Shown here one piece after another: positions 1 to 14,907 of a stretch of DNA of 64,000 nt. The position numbers and the translations under genes are program-made. The stretch is taken from assembly GCF_009914755.1 (NCBI RefSeq), contig NC_060926.1; one strand, 5' to 3'. Origin of the DNA: the human T2T-CHM13v2.0 reference genome, Homo sapiens. Numbering within the stretch: the first letter of the stretch is position 1; every line of letters starts with the position of its first letter. The notes below the pieces were generated by a model. It saw only the letters and a program-made list of their open reading frames with translations, did no database searches and had not been told where the DNA came from.

Positions 1-40
1 ACTGCACTCCAGCCTGGGCAACAGACTGAGACTCCATCTC
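1..40 (+). mobile_element. Alu 3' end (cut by window edge)
   Basis: actgcactccagcctgggcaacagactgagactccatctc matches the Alu right-monomer terminus. Confidence 0.95.
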
Positions 41-146
<106 letters not shown>

Positions 147-624
147 GAATTAGGAAGCAGAAAATGAATATTAGCTGTTACTATTGTTCATTCATTCATT
201 CATTGAATTAATTATACTCTGCTGAATCTGGAGTACTAAAACAAAAAATACTCTCCAGGGTGAGTAACTGCACTGGGTAGGAAAAAGATGCAAAAAACAA
301 AACAAAACAAAACAAAAACCCAAAAACCAATTGCATTACCAATTCTGTTGAACATGAGAAAGTGTTATGAAGTTGCATGAAAGTTATATAGAAAGGAATA
401 TGAAAATACAAAGTTATATAGAAACACAGAGGAAGGAAGTGTTAACTGAACACAGGCTAGAATTGCAAGACCCCATACTGTGGCACCTACAAATGGTGAC
501 AATCTTTAGTGGTTAGCAATTTATTGTAAAATCCAATTATGTAATATTGATTTATTGAAAACAGTGTAACTTCAAAGCAACTGTAATTTTCCTAAGTAGT
601 AAAACAGTCTGTAAACAGCAGCAG

Positions 625-1105
625 GGTGATTAACAGGGCCACAAGGATGACTACTGCGCCTGTTAAATTTGGCTGGTAAAAAGACAATGAGCCCAAATAG
701 ATTCAGACAGTTTTTCACTTACACAGATAGCAAAGGCAAGATCAGCACGGAGTCAGCTCCCCATGTTCTAGTCCCACAGGACAATTCAACCAGAGAGGCT
801 ATCTGAAGACAAAGCAGACAGTGTCTCTTTCACCGAGAAGCCAAGCTAAACTACAGCCAAGCAGTTTTATAGACTTAATGGGAATCCTGTATCAATAGCC
901 TAAGATGAGTGGGGGGAGCAAGATTGATAAGAAATTGCCTCATGATGGTTCCTCACCAGACTGCTTACCTTCCTTGGCTCCAGCAGAAGTTGCAGGGTCT
1001 TCTGCCAGGAGTCTAATAAGACTGTGGTCCAGCCTTGCATATGTAGCCCAGGTGGAGACAAGAAAACTCAACAGGATACTTCCTAGTGGAGCTGTTCCCT
1101 TCTAC
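625..1105 (-). mobile_element. Possible old LTR remnant (family uncertain)
   Basis: Less AT-rich block with LTR-like texture and a degenerate reverse polyA-signal context (acagtttttcacttacacag); family not securely recognised. Confidence 0.3.
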
Positions 1106-3059
1106 CTCTAGATTAGACCCCATTGTTCTTTGATTCTTATAACCAATACTGCACCCTTCCTCAGGTTTTGTTAAATACATAGAGGTTTTTGTTTGTTTGT
1201 TTCTACTGTAATTTTCACTAATATCTAACATTATTTATGATATTAGATTTGTTAATCCCAAGACATCTTGACATAGTTGATACTAATATCAAATAAACTC
1301 CAAGCTTATTATATAGATGGAGAGAGTTCTACATTAAGACAATATGGAGCTTCTATAAATAAGTAATTTGAATTACAGATCCCAAACCTGATGTAGGCTA
1401 CTAGCACCAAAAAGGAAATATAAATAAGAATAATGTTGAGTACATTCTAAACTTGAAGGTTAGAACCTCAAATCTACTGTCAATTCTTTAAATTAATATA
1501 GAATGCATGAAAAAATCAAACAAAATGATTAAATAGAAGAGGTTGAAATATTAAATAACATAAATATGTGATACTCAAAGCACTAAAACTAGAAGGAACT
1601 TAGAAATGGCCAGGGAATGGTAAAATTGATGTCTTCTACATTCTACCGCATCATTTATGCTTAATTCAATATTAGCAATTTGAACTTATAGCTCCCTGAC
1701 CAAGAGATTATAAAAGAAGATTCTGACTACAGGGAGAGCAATTCCAAGCAGCTGTTCAAACAAATATAATTTCTGTGAATTTTCTTGATGTTCTTGGGTG
1801 TGATCTTTAGTTTAAAAAGAACTCAGGTGGGGATTCCATTTGAAGTGGAATTTAGGAAGATTGAACTTGCAGTGAAAAAGCTAATGAACCTGGGAAGCTG
1901 TCCCGGTTTGTTGCCACCTGAGATGGGCCTTCTCAGCTCTGCTGGCAAAATACAAGTGTGACGCTATGGTTGGTAAGTGATAGATCCAGCTCTCTGAAAG
2001 CAGAGCAAAGAAAGCACTTTGGTGGAAAAAGAAAAATAGAGACAGAGGGCCAAGTGGAGGAGTTGGAATCTTTTCAGCCAATTAACACACCACCTCCTGC
2101 TTTTGTGGGTAGGAGCTGTAATTCAGTGATAGTCATCAATAACTATTACAGATCAGGAGAATGTGACATGGCTGTGATTGTGTAGCTTCACACTTGAAAG
2201 CGACCAGGGGAATTAATCAGAGAAACAGAGGAGATTTATTTAAACTGAAATATTAAGGGGATGGAAGTGGGGAAGGATGCTAGATTATTGAAGCAGCTAC
2301 CTCTCTTTTAATGAAATCACTGAATTAATGTGCCCATCCTTATTAATTTAAAAAGAAGTATGTGAATAAACATGTCCTAAAAGAAATCTCTTACACTAAA
2401 ATTATGGGTCAGGAATGATTCTACATGATTGGTTTCTATAACTAACTTAATATATGTATTTACATCTCTTGTGGCTGTGCCTGTCTGCATCCAGGTTTCA
2501 ATATTCCCAGTAGGGCTGGCCCTCTCTTCCCCCAGAGAGCTCACACTTTCAGCTGCAACTATCAAGCTTTCAAATTATCATTACTATTTAGAAGCACTGA
2601 ACGGTGACAAGCCATTGTCTTTGTCATGCTCCAGAATCAAAATTAGCCAGAGAGATTCAATGAGCAGTTCTAAGTTTAGGTTATTAATTTTTAAACCAGT
2701 TTGCAAAGGGTGATCTTTATTTATATTCATGGCCCATGGGTTTGTGTATATTCAGATCTGCACCAACTCTGGTGAGCGAAAAGGACACGATGTGTTTATG
2801 TTGGGGCATTTCTGTACAAACTGCATGATGAACTCCTGGACACAATAAAAAATGTCTGTGTGGTATAGCACCTCATTGAATCTTGTAGTATTCAATATAT
2901 CATACAGAATATATTTATAATAATTAAGATAACAGTCAGTTAAACAAGTATATATTTATTGAGCATCTGCTAAGTGGTAGATATTCTCCTAGTCATAAAA
3001 TAATAAAATTTAAAAGTGGAATGAGTTCAAGTGTAAGTTTCAAAGCTTCGCAGCATAAT

Positions 3060-3220
3060 ATTAGGTGTTCACTCACTAGGAGTCATTTATCCTTGAATGT
3101 ATTTTTCCTTAACTATATAATAGGGTAATAGTACTGACCTCACAAGTTCATTCTGAAGCTCTAATGAAACAACACATATTCCACACAAAGTAAACTTCAA
3201 CAAGCTTTGCAAATATGAAC
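3060..3220 (+). mobile_element. MIR fragment
   Basis: Degenerate MIR core ...tttttccttaactataatagggtaatagtactgacctcacaag... Confidence 0.6.
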
Positions 3221-3378
3221 TCTTATAATGTGATAGATATGAAGTACTGTCTCCAAGAATGAACTTTACTATTTATTTAAGAATATGACAGCTGATTCTT
3301 GATATTGCAAAAACCGCAGTGAAGAGTGATAATATGAGATCATTAAATGTGTGTAACACAAAGCAAAATCTGGATTGA

Positions 3379-3778
<400 letters not shown>

Positions 3779-4359
3779 GATAAGCCATACACGAGATAGC
3801 TCCTATGCACCATTCCTGTATCTGATAATCTGACACCTGATAAGTATTTATTAGGTATAATAAATATCATTAGGTAGTATGTCTCCTGAGGAATCAGAGA
3901 AAGATAGAGAAAGATAATATGTGGTCTTGATCCTTACTGTAAGGACATATGGTTTATTTAGAAAACAGATGCCATAGACACTAGAAATGAGGAGTTCGAC
4001 ATTGTCAAGAATGCTGTATAACCTACCTTTGTGTAGGTTTAGTAAGTATAGAGTAGGGAGCAGCCTCATAGACTGGAGTGTGTGAGGGTGTGAGGGTAGC
4101 CTCATGTGGAAAATGCAATTTCAGTAGAAAATACCCAGCTGGAAAGAATAGATTTAATGGACTTTTTCTAACATCAGTAAATATGAAGAGAGAAGCACAA
4201 GAGATGTGTTTGTTTCTGAAGAGACTGATCTGGTCTTTAGTAACAATGGCAAACTCAATTCAAGGTGTCCTAGTGGAATTTTTGAGCTCTGTGAAATGAA
4301 AATCACAGCAATAGAACTAGCTTTGGGCTCACATTATGACACCCGGAAAGGCAGAAGAA

Positions 4360-4595
4360 GATAGTGGTGAACAAAACACACTTCCTGGAGCCACACTTTT
4401 CAGGTTCAAACCCCAGCTCCGCTACTTGATAATGTATGTGTTTTGGCACTTCTTAAAAATTATGTGCCTCAGTTTCCTCAACTGTAAATGGGAATCTGAT
4501 TTTTATGACCAGTGAATTTGTGCATTTACATATTTATAGTCCTTAGAAAAGTGGCTGCCACATAGTAAATTGTCCACAAATGTTAATCTTGTAAT
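4360..4595 (+). mobile_element. MIR
   Basis: ggttcaaaccccagctccgctactt...gtgcctcagtttcctcaactgtaaatggga MIR core. Confidence 0.85.
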
Positions 4596-6009
4596 TACTA
4601 GGGCTCAGTTTCTTTGCATTTCTGCCACCTCTCTCCATCTCTCAGGATTTGTGCAGCATCTAACACCTCCAAGGCTGAGGACCAGTAGAAAAGTATGTCT
4701 TGCTTCACAGTCCTGATGGCCCTGCCTTGTCATTCTCACACCAATCACTATGGCCAGAAAATTCCTGTGTCGGACCTAGGTTGAATGCTGTTCATGAGAA
4801 TACTTTTGGAATAGATGAAAAAATATCACTTAGGCTGGGGGAGGGGAAATTTCCAAAAAGCAAAACAGAGGTGCCATTGTCATCTAAAAGGGGACTTAAT
4901 GCTAAATAGTAAAACGCATAAATTACTACTGCAGGCCATAAAGAGAATAATTTTCAAAAATGAATTAAATTAAAAGGAAAGGTGGAAACCAGATTGTAGA
5001 AGGATTTCATCTTTGGCAAGGGAAGGAACAGGTGAACAAAATGAGGAAAACTTGGAGGCAGAAGATCCGTCTACAGCTGCCAGGCACCAGGAAGGCAAGA
5101 AACTACCAGGATCAATTTGAAACTTTCTTCACCATCTGTTCATGTCCACTGTGAATGGCAAAAAGGCTTTTTTCTAAGAATTTTAAATGTACTTGATCTG
5201 TCAATATTAATATTTTCTTTATTTTAATAATTATATCTGTAGGAATGCAAATATACCTTTTTATACAAAAAATAATTTCATTGCAGCTAAAAAAACAAAG
5301 TGTTCTTAATTATACTATGATAACTTAGATCTGGCACAATGCCATCACTACTTATTATATATATATATATCAGGATGAATGCATTTACCAGACCTAGCAG
5401 ATGATGTATTCTTTACAGAAACCATTACTGTGATTGTAATTTAGAATAACAGGTAGACCACTTTAGAGCTGTGGGAACTGCTGGCTAATTCTATTTCATA
5501 TTGATCACAAAACCTTATACCACCTCCTTTACTTACTTTACGCAGGTACAAGTTTCTGTGGCATTTCAGAAATATAAGCTAAAAATAATGAGTGAAATAG
5601 TTTTTCTTAGCTTCAAAGCTCTGTTATATGGTAGGCTAATAAGAATGGAAATTTCATTCATTTGTACATTCATTCAACAAACATTTCCTGAATTTCTTCT
5701 AAACCATTCACTCTTGAATTGCTTTATATTAACTTGTTTGATCCTGTCAATAACTGTACAGAAGGTAGTGACAACCTCCCAATTTCTCTCTCTCTCTCAT
5801 TACATATATATGCACATACACACACACGTATATATACACACACACACATAAATTGTCATTGAGAAATATTCAATGCCTTGAAAAAGTCAAAATGTAAAGC
5901 ATCATTCTTAAAAGATGCTTAACACCAATTACCAGGAAGAATTGTTCCAGTTGAGGGGAAGATGAGGGCTCAAATCTATCCTGCTTCGTTTGCAATATGT
6001 TATAGCTTT

Positions 6010-6220
6010 ATAATCTGAGGGACTTGGATTCAAATGCTATTTCTGCCACTCATTGCTTAGACTAAGTCCTTTAACTTCTTCATATCTCTTTTTAAAATAA
6101 AGAACAGTAGCACCTACCTTAAGAAGCTGTTGTGGGCAAATGAGTTAATATTGTAAGTTGCATTAGCACTGTAGGAAGTGCACTCTTAAGAGTGCTCAAC
6201 AAATATGAGCTATTATTATT
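6010..6220 (+). mobile_element. MIR
   Basis: ggattcaaatgc...tctgccact...gtgctcaacaaatatgagctattattatt (MIR 3' end). Confidence 0.8.
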
Positions 6221-7173
6221 AATCATCCAAATGAAATTTGAATCCCTTCTGCCAGCACTCTGTCTAAAGCTAAACACCTAAGGCAGAAGACAATTCATTA
6301 AGTCCCCAAGCAGCTCATTTTATCTTTGGACAGCTTTCTTGGATGGTTGTAAGTTATATCTTATGAGGATAAAAATCCTTCCTCTGTAACTTCTTCACAT
6401 AGGTCTCAGTCTTACCACTTAGGGCCTCAATAGACATTTCTCACTCCTTTTTCCTTTCCTCAAATCTATAAAGACAATTGCGGTTTCCCACTGAATTTGA
6501 TTCATTCTAAACTAAGCAACCCAAGAGTGCCTAGAGTGTTATGTTGATTAGTCTTTTGTTATTGTTTATTTTGATTTGTTTTCTTTCCAAGTCAATAGTA
6601 AAAGACAATACAATCCACTAATGCAGTCATGCACGCGTACACCCCACCACACACATGCACACGTAACAGAGCTCAACACACAGGGCTCAGTTTCAACCAC
6701 GGTGAGTGGTTGGCTAAAATCTACTTGTTAGCTTTGGCTTTATCCTTGGCCTCTGGACGGCACAGTAACCAAATGCCTGTTTCAATGGAATTCCCAGAAT
6801 TGTTACATTTGTGCATAATCAACCATTATGAAATGTTTTAGGATACCTTCGCATCCAGTCAGCATGCCCAGCTGAGTGATGAAACAGGGCATGTCACTGA
6901 GCTCTATGGTTATGTCTGAATAGCCACTTTCAAATATAGGTGAATTCTAGATGCAACTCAGTACGTCTTCTGTCTTTATAGATTAAAATCTTACCAATGA
7001 TTTGAAGTATAAATGTGTATTTATTATTATAACAAATAGAACTATGATTATGAAAGTTGTTAATTTCATATACCAAAACATTAGTAAAGGCCATTCAAAC
7101 ACTGAAATAAACAGGGAAACATATTGACAGCTAATATAAATGTTTATATTAAGTAAGAGACTGTTTGCTATAT

Positions 7174-7295
7174 CAGTGCTTCTCAGACTCTGCTCACAAA
7201 TTGGCTGGGGATATTGTAAAAACTTAAGATCTAATTCAAGGGGATTGGCTCTAAGATTCTGTTATTTCTTTCAAGCTTCCCAGTGATGCCAATCC
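7174..7295. mobile_element. MER5-type hAT MITE fragment
   Basis: cagtgcttctca start and caagcttcccagtgatgccaat motif. Confidence 0.55.
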
Positions 7296-7502
7296 TGAAA
7301 AATATTAACTCTTGCTTGTGACAATTAATTATGAAAATTAATACAAATATATAGCAAAAAATCAAAATGAGATATTGTAGTTCTAAGCTTTAGAGATTTT
7401 TTTGCTCATTACATATCACAAAATAACTTTTAATTACTGTTTTAAAATTTCTGGCAGTAATTCTTCTAAAGTCTCATGGGATACTTTTCAGAAAACTATC
7501 AA

Positions 7503-8222
<720 letters not shown>

Positions 8223-8345
8223 CTTTAAAAAATTGACTAATAGATTACTGTCAATAAATCTCAATAGAATTTTTTAATACAATTATAGACTTAGTCTAGT
8301 GTCCTAGGAATTCAGTTATGATGGTGATATTAGCTTCAATTTTAG

Positions 8346-9158
8346 TTTAGTAGGCAGATTAAGGGCTCCCCAAAGATGTCCACATCCAATTGCCAGAAGC
8401 TGTTAATATCTTACATCAGGGGTAGGGATCAGGCTGCACAGCAGGAGGTGAGTGGCAGGCAAGAGAGTATTACTACTTGAGCTCCGCCTCCTGTCAGATC
8501 AGTGGCAGCGTTAGGTTCTCATAGGAGCATGAACCCTATTGTGAACTACGCATGCGAAGAATCTAGTTACACATTCCTTATGAAAATCTAATGCCTGATG
8601 ATGATCTGAGGTGGAACAGTTTCATCCCAAGACCAAACCCCTCCCCATCTGTGGAAAAAGTGTCTTCCGCGAAACCAGTCCCTGGTGCCAAAAAGTTTGG
8701 GTACCACCGTGTTATGTTAAATAGCAAGGGGCGATTAAGATTTCAGATGGAATTAGGTTTGCTAACCAGCTGACCATAGAAAAATTAGATTTATTTTTGG
8801 GTGATCTCAATGTAGTCAAAAGTGTCCTTAAATGGGAAAGAGGGAGGCAAAAGTGTCATAGTGATAGTACCTGAGCAAACTTCACTGGCAACTGAAGAGG
8901 AAGTAAAGAGCTTGGGTGAAGGAATGCAGACAGTCTCCAGAAATTGGAAAAGGCAAAAAACAAAACAAAACAAAACAAAATTAAAAAAACCACATTATCC
9001 CCCAGAGTCTTGGAAAGAGCTGCTGACATCTTTATTTTAGCCAGTTAGACCCATTTCAGACTCCTGAACTCCACAGCTTTACAAAGAGAAAGGTTTTGTG
9101 TAGTTTTAAGCCACTAAGTTCTGATAGTTGGTTACAGCAGCAATAGGAAATGGATACA
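8346..9158 (+). mobile_element. MLT1 (MLT1D-like) MaLR solo LTR interrupted by MER1B
   Basis: 5' taggcaga...ccccaaagatgtccacatcc; 3' tttaagccactaagtt...gttacagcagcaataggaaatggataca. Confidence 0.85.
8417..8709 (+). mobile_element. MER1B hAT-Charlie MITE
   Basis: gagctccgcctcctgtcagatcag...gaaaccagtccctggtgccaaaaag; degenerate 8-bp TSD tcttacat/tgttatgt. Confidence 0.92.
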
Positions 9159-10295
9159 CTTGTCTTTGGCTGAATAATTATTTTAACATTTGGCCAGGCA
9201 GTGCACGTTCAAAATGTGCACCTCTAATCTATATCCATATCCCTATTCTCAGCTATACATTATCCACTACGTACAATATACTATTTAATGCCAAACAGCC
9301 TGATAAATAATTAGTGGCTCCCCTTCAATATACAGTCCAATGAAGTTTTCCTCATAATTAACCATATAATTTTATTGTCAATGGGCAGGATAGGCAATGG
9401 CCAATGACTCAGTGTAAAATGGAAATAAAAATGTCCCTGATTTTAGACACAAATGAGACTAGTGTATGTAAAGTGAGAATAAACATGGCATATACTCCTA
9501 TAGCCTTTTGTTATTTTTATACTTTCAAATGGATGTGTTATGAAGAATATGGAATATTGACATAAGTTTTAAGGTGAATAAGAAAATATTGGAAAATTGT
9601 AGGGTTCTCTCACACATATCTTTCAGTCTCCAGGACCATACTTTATGACTGCTGGATGGAAATGTTTGAGAAACTAAGTGCTTTGGTTGAAGGTTCAGCA
9701 TTCACTCAACTTCTTTATGATTATTGACAAGCTCTTAAAATGTCAGTGTTGATTAAGTGATGCATAGACCTGCCGTTAGAAAATAAATTTTAAAGAGTCT
9801 GATGCGTTCATTCTCTTAATCAGGTATCATGTAAATAGTTCTGGGATTTCTAGAGGCACTGGTCCATAAGACAATCAGCATATTCATTCCCCAGGCAGGT
9901 TGGTCTCCCAGTATCTAAGCATACAAAAATCAGCCACTTTAATTACTTTATTGCTGCAGTTCTCAGATGAAAGACATTTGTCACACATTACATTTGCATA
10001 TGAGTCCACTGCTTAATTAGCAATGGGCTTAGCCTGCTCTTTTTAAAAAGCTCTGAGACAACCAGAAATGGCCCAGTGAATTTGAGTCACCCTTGCCCAG
10101 ACTTTCTGCATGAGACTGTATCTCCTGATGAAACATTTGACACTGCGAGCTCCTCATATTGTCTTGGATTGATAGTTCAAGATCTGATACTTGCCTTACT
10201 GACTTGTGTCCTGGCATCTTCTCTTCTGAGACTGAGAACATGAATTTGCCTTGAATCTCTGTCTCTGCCTTGGCCTCCCTTTCTTCACTCCCTTC

Positions 10296-10943
10296 TGTAA
10301 GAGTTGAAGAAGGAAGAAAGAAACACAAAAAGCAACTCAACAGTCAAAGACAGGTTTATTTTGGAGAATAAACCTGAGAGGAGCTTCTGGCCTAATTAGG
10401 TCAGGAGCTTCTCTCTTATAGACTGAGGGTATTTAAGGGTTCAGGGGCTGGTGAGGAGGGGATGCCTTATCCTCCTAGGGCCTGATGGTTCAGTTACAAC
10501 CACGTGTGCTGTCTGTATAGAGAAGAGTTTTTATCAGCTTTCACCCCATTCCTAGACCACATAGGCCAACTTTTAGTTTGTGTCTCTTTGTCTTGCTTAT
10601 CTGAGAGGAAGAGTTTTTGTGTCTGTTCCCATATATCTTCCTGCAGCTGCAGGCATACCCCAGCTAGCTTCCCTATCTGAGTGCACCTAAAGGGAAAGGA
10701 ATGTGCTTATTAGGGCCCACTGTTTTACTGGGCCCATTGTATAAGTGTGAAGTTTGGTGATTACCCAAAAGACTTTCCCCCCTTCTTCTGTGCCCAAGCT
10801 ATCTTATCTGTGTTTTACTGTGCTCTTTCTGGCTGCTTGTTGTTAGAAGAAAAGTGATTTCCTTGAAATGCATGAGGTTAGAAAGGGAGCTGGAACTTAA
10901 AATGGCGGTATTTGTCCAAGATGATGGTGCTCCTGCTCTGTCA
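10296..10943 (-). mobile_element. ERV1 solo LTR (LTR36-like)
   Basis: TG...CA termini (minus strand TGACAGAGCAGGAGCACC...CTTACA); perfect 5-bp TSD CCTTC at 10291-10295 and 10944-10948; AATAAA on minus strand. Confidence 0.88.
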
Positions 10944-10949
10944 CCTTCC

Positions 10950-11035
10950 ATTATTGATTCATTGTTTATTTATCGAGCCCATATCATGTGCCAGGCACTG
11001 GTCCTACGCTATGCGGAGTGAATGCAATGTACATC
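10950..11035 (-). mobile_element. L2 3' end fragment
   Basis: attcatt...tatttatcgagc...atgtgccaggcactg. Confidence 0.7.
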
Positions 11036-11943
11036 CTGTGCTTTTCCTATAATATCGCTGTCATGTGCCTGGTGTTGGTCTCTACTCAGTTCTGAAACTA
11101 GTGCAGAATAGAATTTTATTACATAGATTTAATGTGATAGTTAACATTCTTTTAATGAAGCTCTCAGGTTTATTTCTAGAAGGTATGCTAATATTTATGA
11201 GTAAATTTCACCTTCATTGAAGGGCAGATTTCACCAGCCCTTCAATGGACACATTCCTTTATTGATTAAAAAAAGCACTTTGAACTAATCCCACTTTATA
11301 TCTTATTGTGGTTATTTTCATGAGTCAAATAAAGGAACAAAAAGTCTAACACTAGACAGCAGACACTGCTACTGTACATAGTATCAAGAAAATAGGAAAA
11401 CCTGAATGAAATTAAACCTAAAACAAGGAACAGAGTAACATCTTAACCCCTGAGTCCAGGGAACACGATGGACTCTTGTCAACTTCCACCAGACTGAAAG
11501 TGTTTAGCTAATAATAGTTATGACTGAACAGATGACTCAATTATGCCATATGCCATTTTATTGGCCCCAAGAGTGTATTTGTGAACACAGAGAGATAAAT
11601 GTAATTCATTATTATGTTAATCAAGACCAAAGGTCATGTGGCAGGCAGGTAGGAAAAAGATAGTGCTTAATGAAACATTTGCTTTTCTGTATTAAACATC
11701 ATGAGAGGAAAACAACTGTCTTAATACCCAGATGAGTCTACAGGGGCAACAGTACTCATCTATGATGTTTTTTTAGAACAAAAGCATTTGGTCATGCAGA
11801 AATAATGTAGAATCATTTCTAAGATGTTTTTCTGGCAACTAATTTTTTGGGCTTTAGTTCTATCTCCTTATTCTTTAGTTACCTGGTTGTTACAGCTTAA
11901 CTAATTTCCACCGATACTTAAGAAAAAAAAACGATACGCACAG

Positions 11944-12042
11944 TACAAAAGAGATTCATTTAAGGAGTCATTGAAGAAAATGTAAAATTAGCCAGGCATT
12001 TTACATTTTCTTTAATGATTTTTAAAATGAATCTCTTTTGTA
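11944..12042. repeat. Long inverted repeat/hairpin (45-bp arms, 9-nt loop)
   Basis: 11944-11988 vs reverse complement of 11998-12042: 40/45 identical, no gaps. Confidence 0.97.
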
Positions 12043-12200
12043 TTCTACATGTTGTTATTGTACTCTGCGTACTACAGGTGGCAAACACGTGTAGTCCCAG
12101 CTACTCAGGAGGCTGAGGTGGGAGGATCGCTTGAGTGGGGAGGTTGAGGCTGAAGTGAGCCATGATTGTGCCACTGCCCACCAGCCTGGGTGACAGAAAA
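11977..12200 (+). mobile_element. AluJ-type right monomer split by an insertion of about 77 bp
   Basis: aaaattagccaggcat (to 11999) resumes as ggtggcaaacacgtgtagtcccagctactc at 12077; ends ccagcctgggtgacagaaaa. Confidence 0.85.
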
Positions 12201-13434
12201 TCTACGTACTTTAAGGCATTCTCTTTAGTTTTAATATTTCAAAATGCAAGTCAGAATCTATAGATAAAATTGAATTATAGTTTTTTTATTGAATCAATGT
12301 TAGTATAGCTTTAATCCTTACATTTAGAAAAAAATATCACTTAATGATTTTATTTTAATAGACTATAGCACAGGCTTAGATTTATCTGATTGCCAAACAA
12401 AAGGAATGCTGCTTTGTGCTGGGGAAACAGAACTCTGAGTTCTGATTCATACTGAAGAAGAACATTCTGTTAAATCCAGGTTCACAAGAGCAGAAGCCTG
12501 ATCTCTGCTTCATTTCCATTGTTTACATGTCTGTGTGAAGATTTGGTAAGAGTGCTCAGTTAAGTGCTTCCACTAAACGTGTCCCACCTTTAGCAGCTCA
12601 AAATTTAAATTCACATGGTATGTTTTGGTTTATTGGAAATATAAACATCTAGTTCCTTCTTACCACTTTAGTCAAGAAGCTGTGTTGGTTTTAAAGTAAT
12701 TCTTTGTGGATAGTAAAATTTAAATCCATTTCCTCTTTTTCCATGGACAGACAGAGAGTGTGGACAGTGGTCTCGTTCTTAAACATGAATCATGTTTTGC
12801 TTAAACTTTTCATTGGTCTACTCTGCTTTCAGTTCCACAACCTCATATTTAGTCTCTTTCTAGTTTCTCTTTATTTTTCTAGAAACAAAAGATGCATATT
12901 CACCAATTTTTCAGTATATGTAGGGCAAAGAGTGAGAAATATTCATAATTACTTTCTGCTTTATTGTATCATACTGTGTTATATGGATTAAAAATCTATG
13001 TAATATAGCTAAACCGTTTAACATGTTGATGGTAATGATTTTAAATTATGTTTACTTTTTAATATCTGTTTTTAATTTGGATTCTCATTGTGCTAATGTT
13101 ATTGATATGCACCTGTCTTCTTCCTCAGCAATATTTATGCACAACAATGCAGTGTTGACATTGGGATTTAGGTTAGGGTTATAGTCAGGATGTCTTGTTG
13201 GTGTTTGTATCCCCCAGTGACTAACATAGTACTTCCTCTCCCACCTGATGTTTGCACAGTACTTTTTCTTTAAGAACTCCAAAAATCTGTTAAGAAATTT
13301 AACGGCTTGAAAATAAATATCTCCTCCTAACAATGGTTGAACTATGTCTGCAGACTAACTTAAGCTTCCATATAATTACTTCAACATACTGAAACTTAAA
13401 TTGAATAATTAAGCATATATACATTTGAAAGTGA

Positions 13435-13833
<399 letters not shown>

Positions 13834-14562
13834 TCTATTGATGTTTTGATGCTTTGGAAACTCAGTTCGAGGTAGCTTATTATAATTAGAAAGTACTAGC
13901 AATTGAGGTAGGTTAAAAGATTCAAGATGACATTGTCTCTTATTCACTCCTCTTTAGGTGTGGAATGGATTCTAATCAATCAATTAGTTAACCAATCAAA
14001 TGATGATTTTTTTTGTATATACATTATCTATCACCCATAATATTAGCTCTTGAAAGATTTCAAGAGGCTACCAGTCCCCCTTACAGATACTATATAATTA
14101 ATAAGGTAGCAATTTCTTATTAATCAGTTTGACATATGTATTTTAGGTGACAGTTTCTACTAGGGTTGTTCATGGTAGATTATTTTTACTGATTACTTTG
14201 ATAAAACACTGAACTTGTAATTTCTTCATTTGTCTTATTTTTCTATTTGTCAGATTTCATTAGAAAGCTTACTGAGTTACAAAATAAAGTCACATTTGGT
14301 GATATGTTTATTGTTTCATGCTGGGAGGTGGGTAATAATAATTCTTCTCTAATCTTGATATTTCTCTTCACATGGAGGAAGATCAATCAGTGTAACATTT
14401 CTAGTCTCTCTCTGAAGGTAAGAGAGGAGGGGTTACTTTCCGATTGGTCCATTTGGAAGAATTATCTGGATATGCTTACTTTAGTTCATTCTTATTTTCC
14501 TTCATTAAGATTGCCAGAGAGAGAAAGTGTTTGCCTATGCTAGACCATCGCTTTGGAATTTA

Positions 14563-14907
<345 letters not shown>

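Noticed and set aside
380-424. 15-bp direct repeat aaagttatatagaaa
   Set aside because: AT-rich local duplication with no element between the copies
6180-6195. 16-bp perfect palindrome gcactcttaagagtgc
   Set aside because: Inside a decayed MIR; about one such palindrome per window of this size can arise by chance
13161-13182. Telomere-like ttgggatttaggttagggtta
   Set aside because: Only one exact TTAGGG unit; too short for an interstitial telomeric tract
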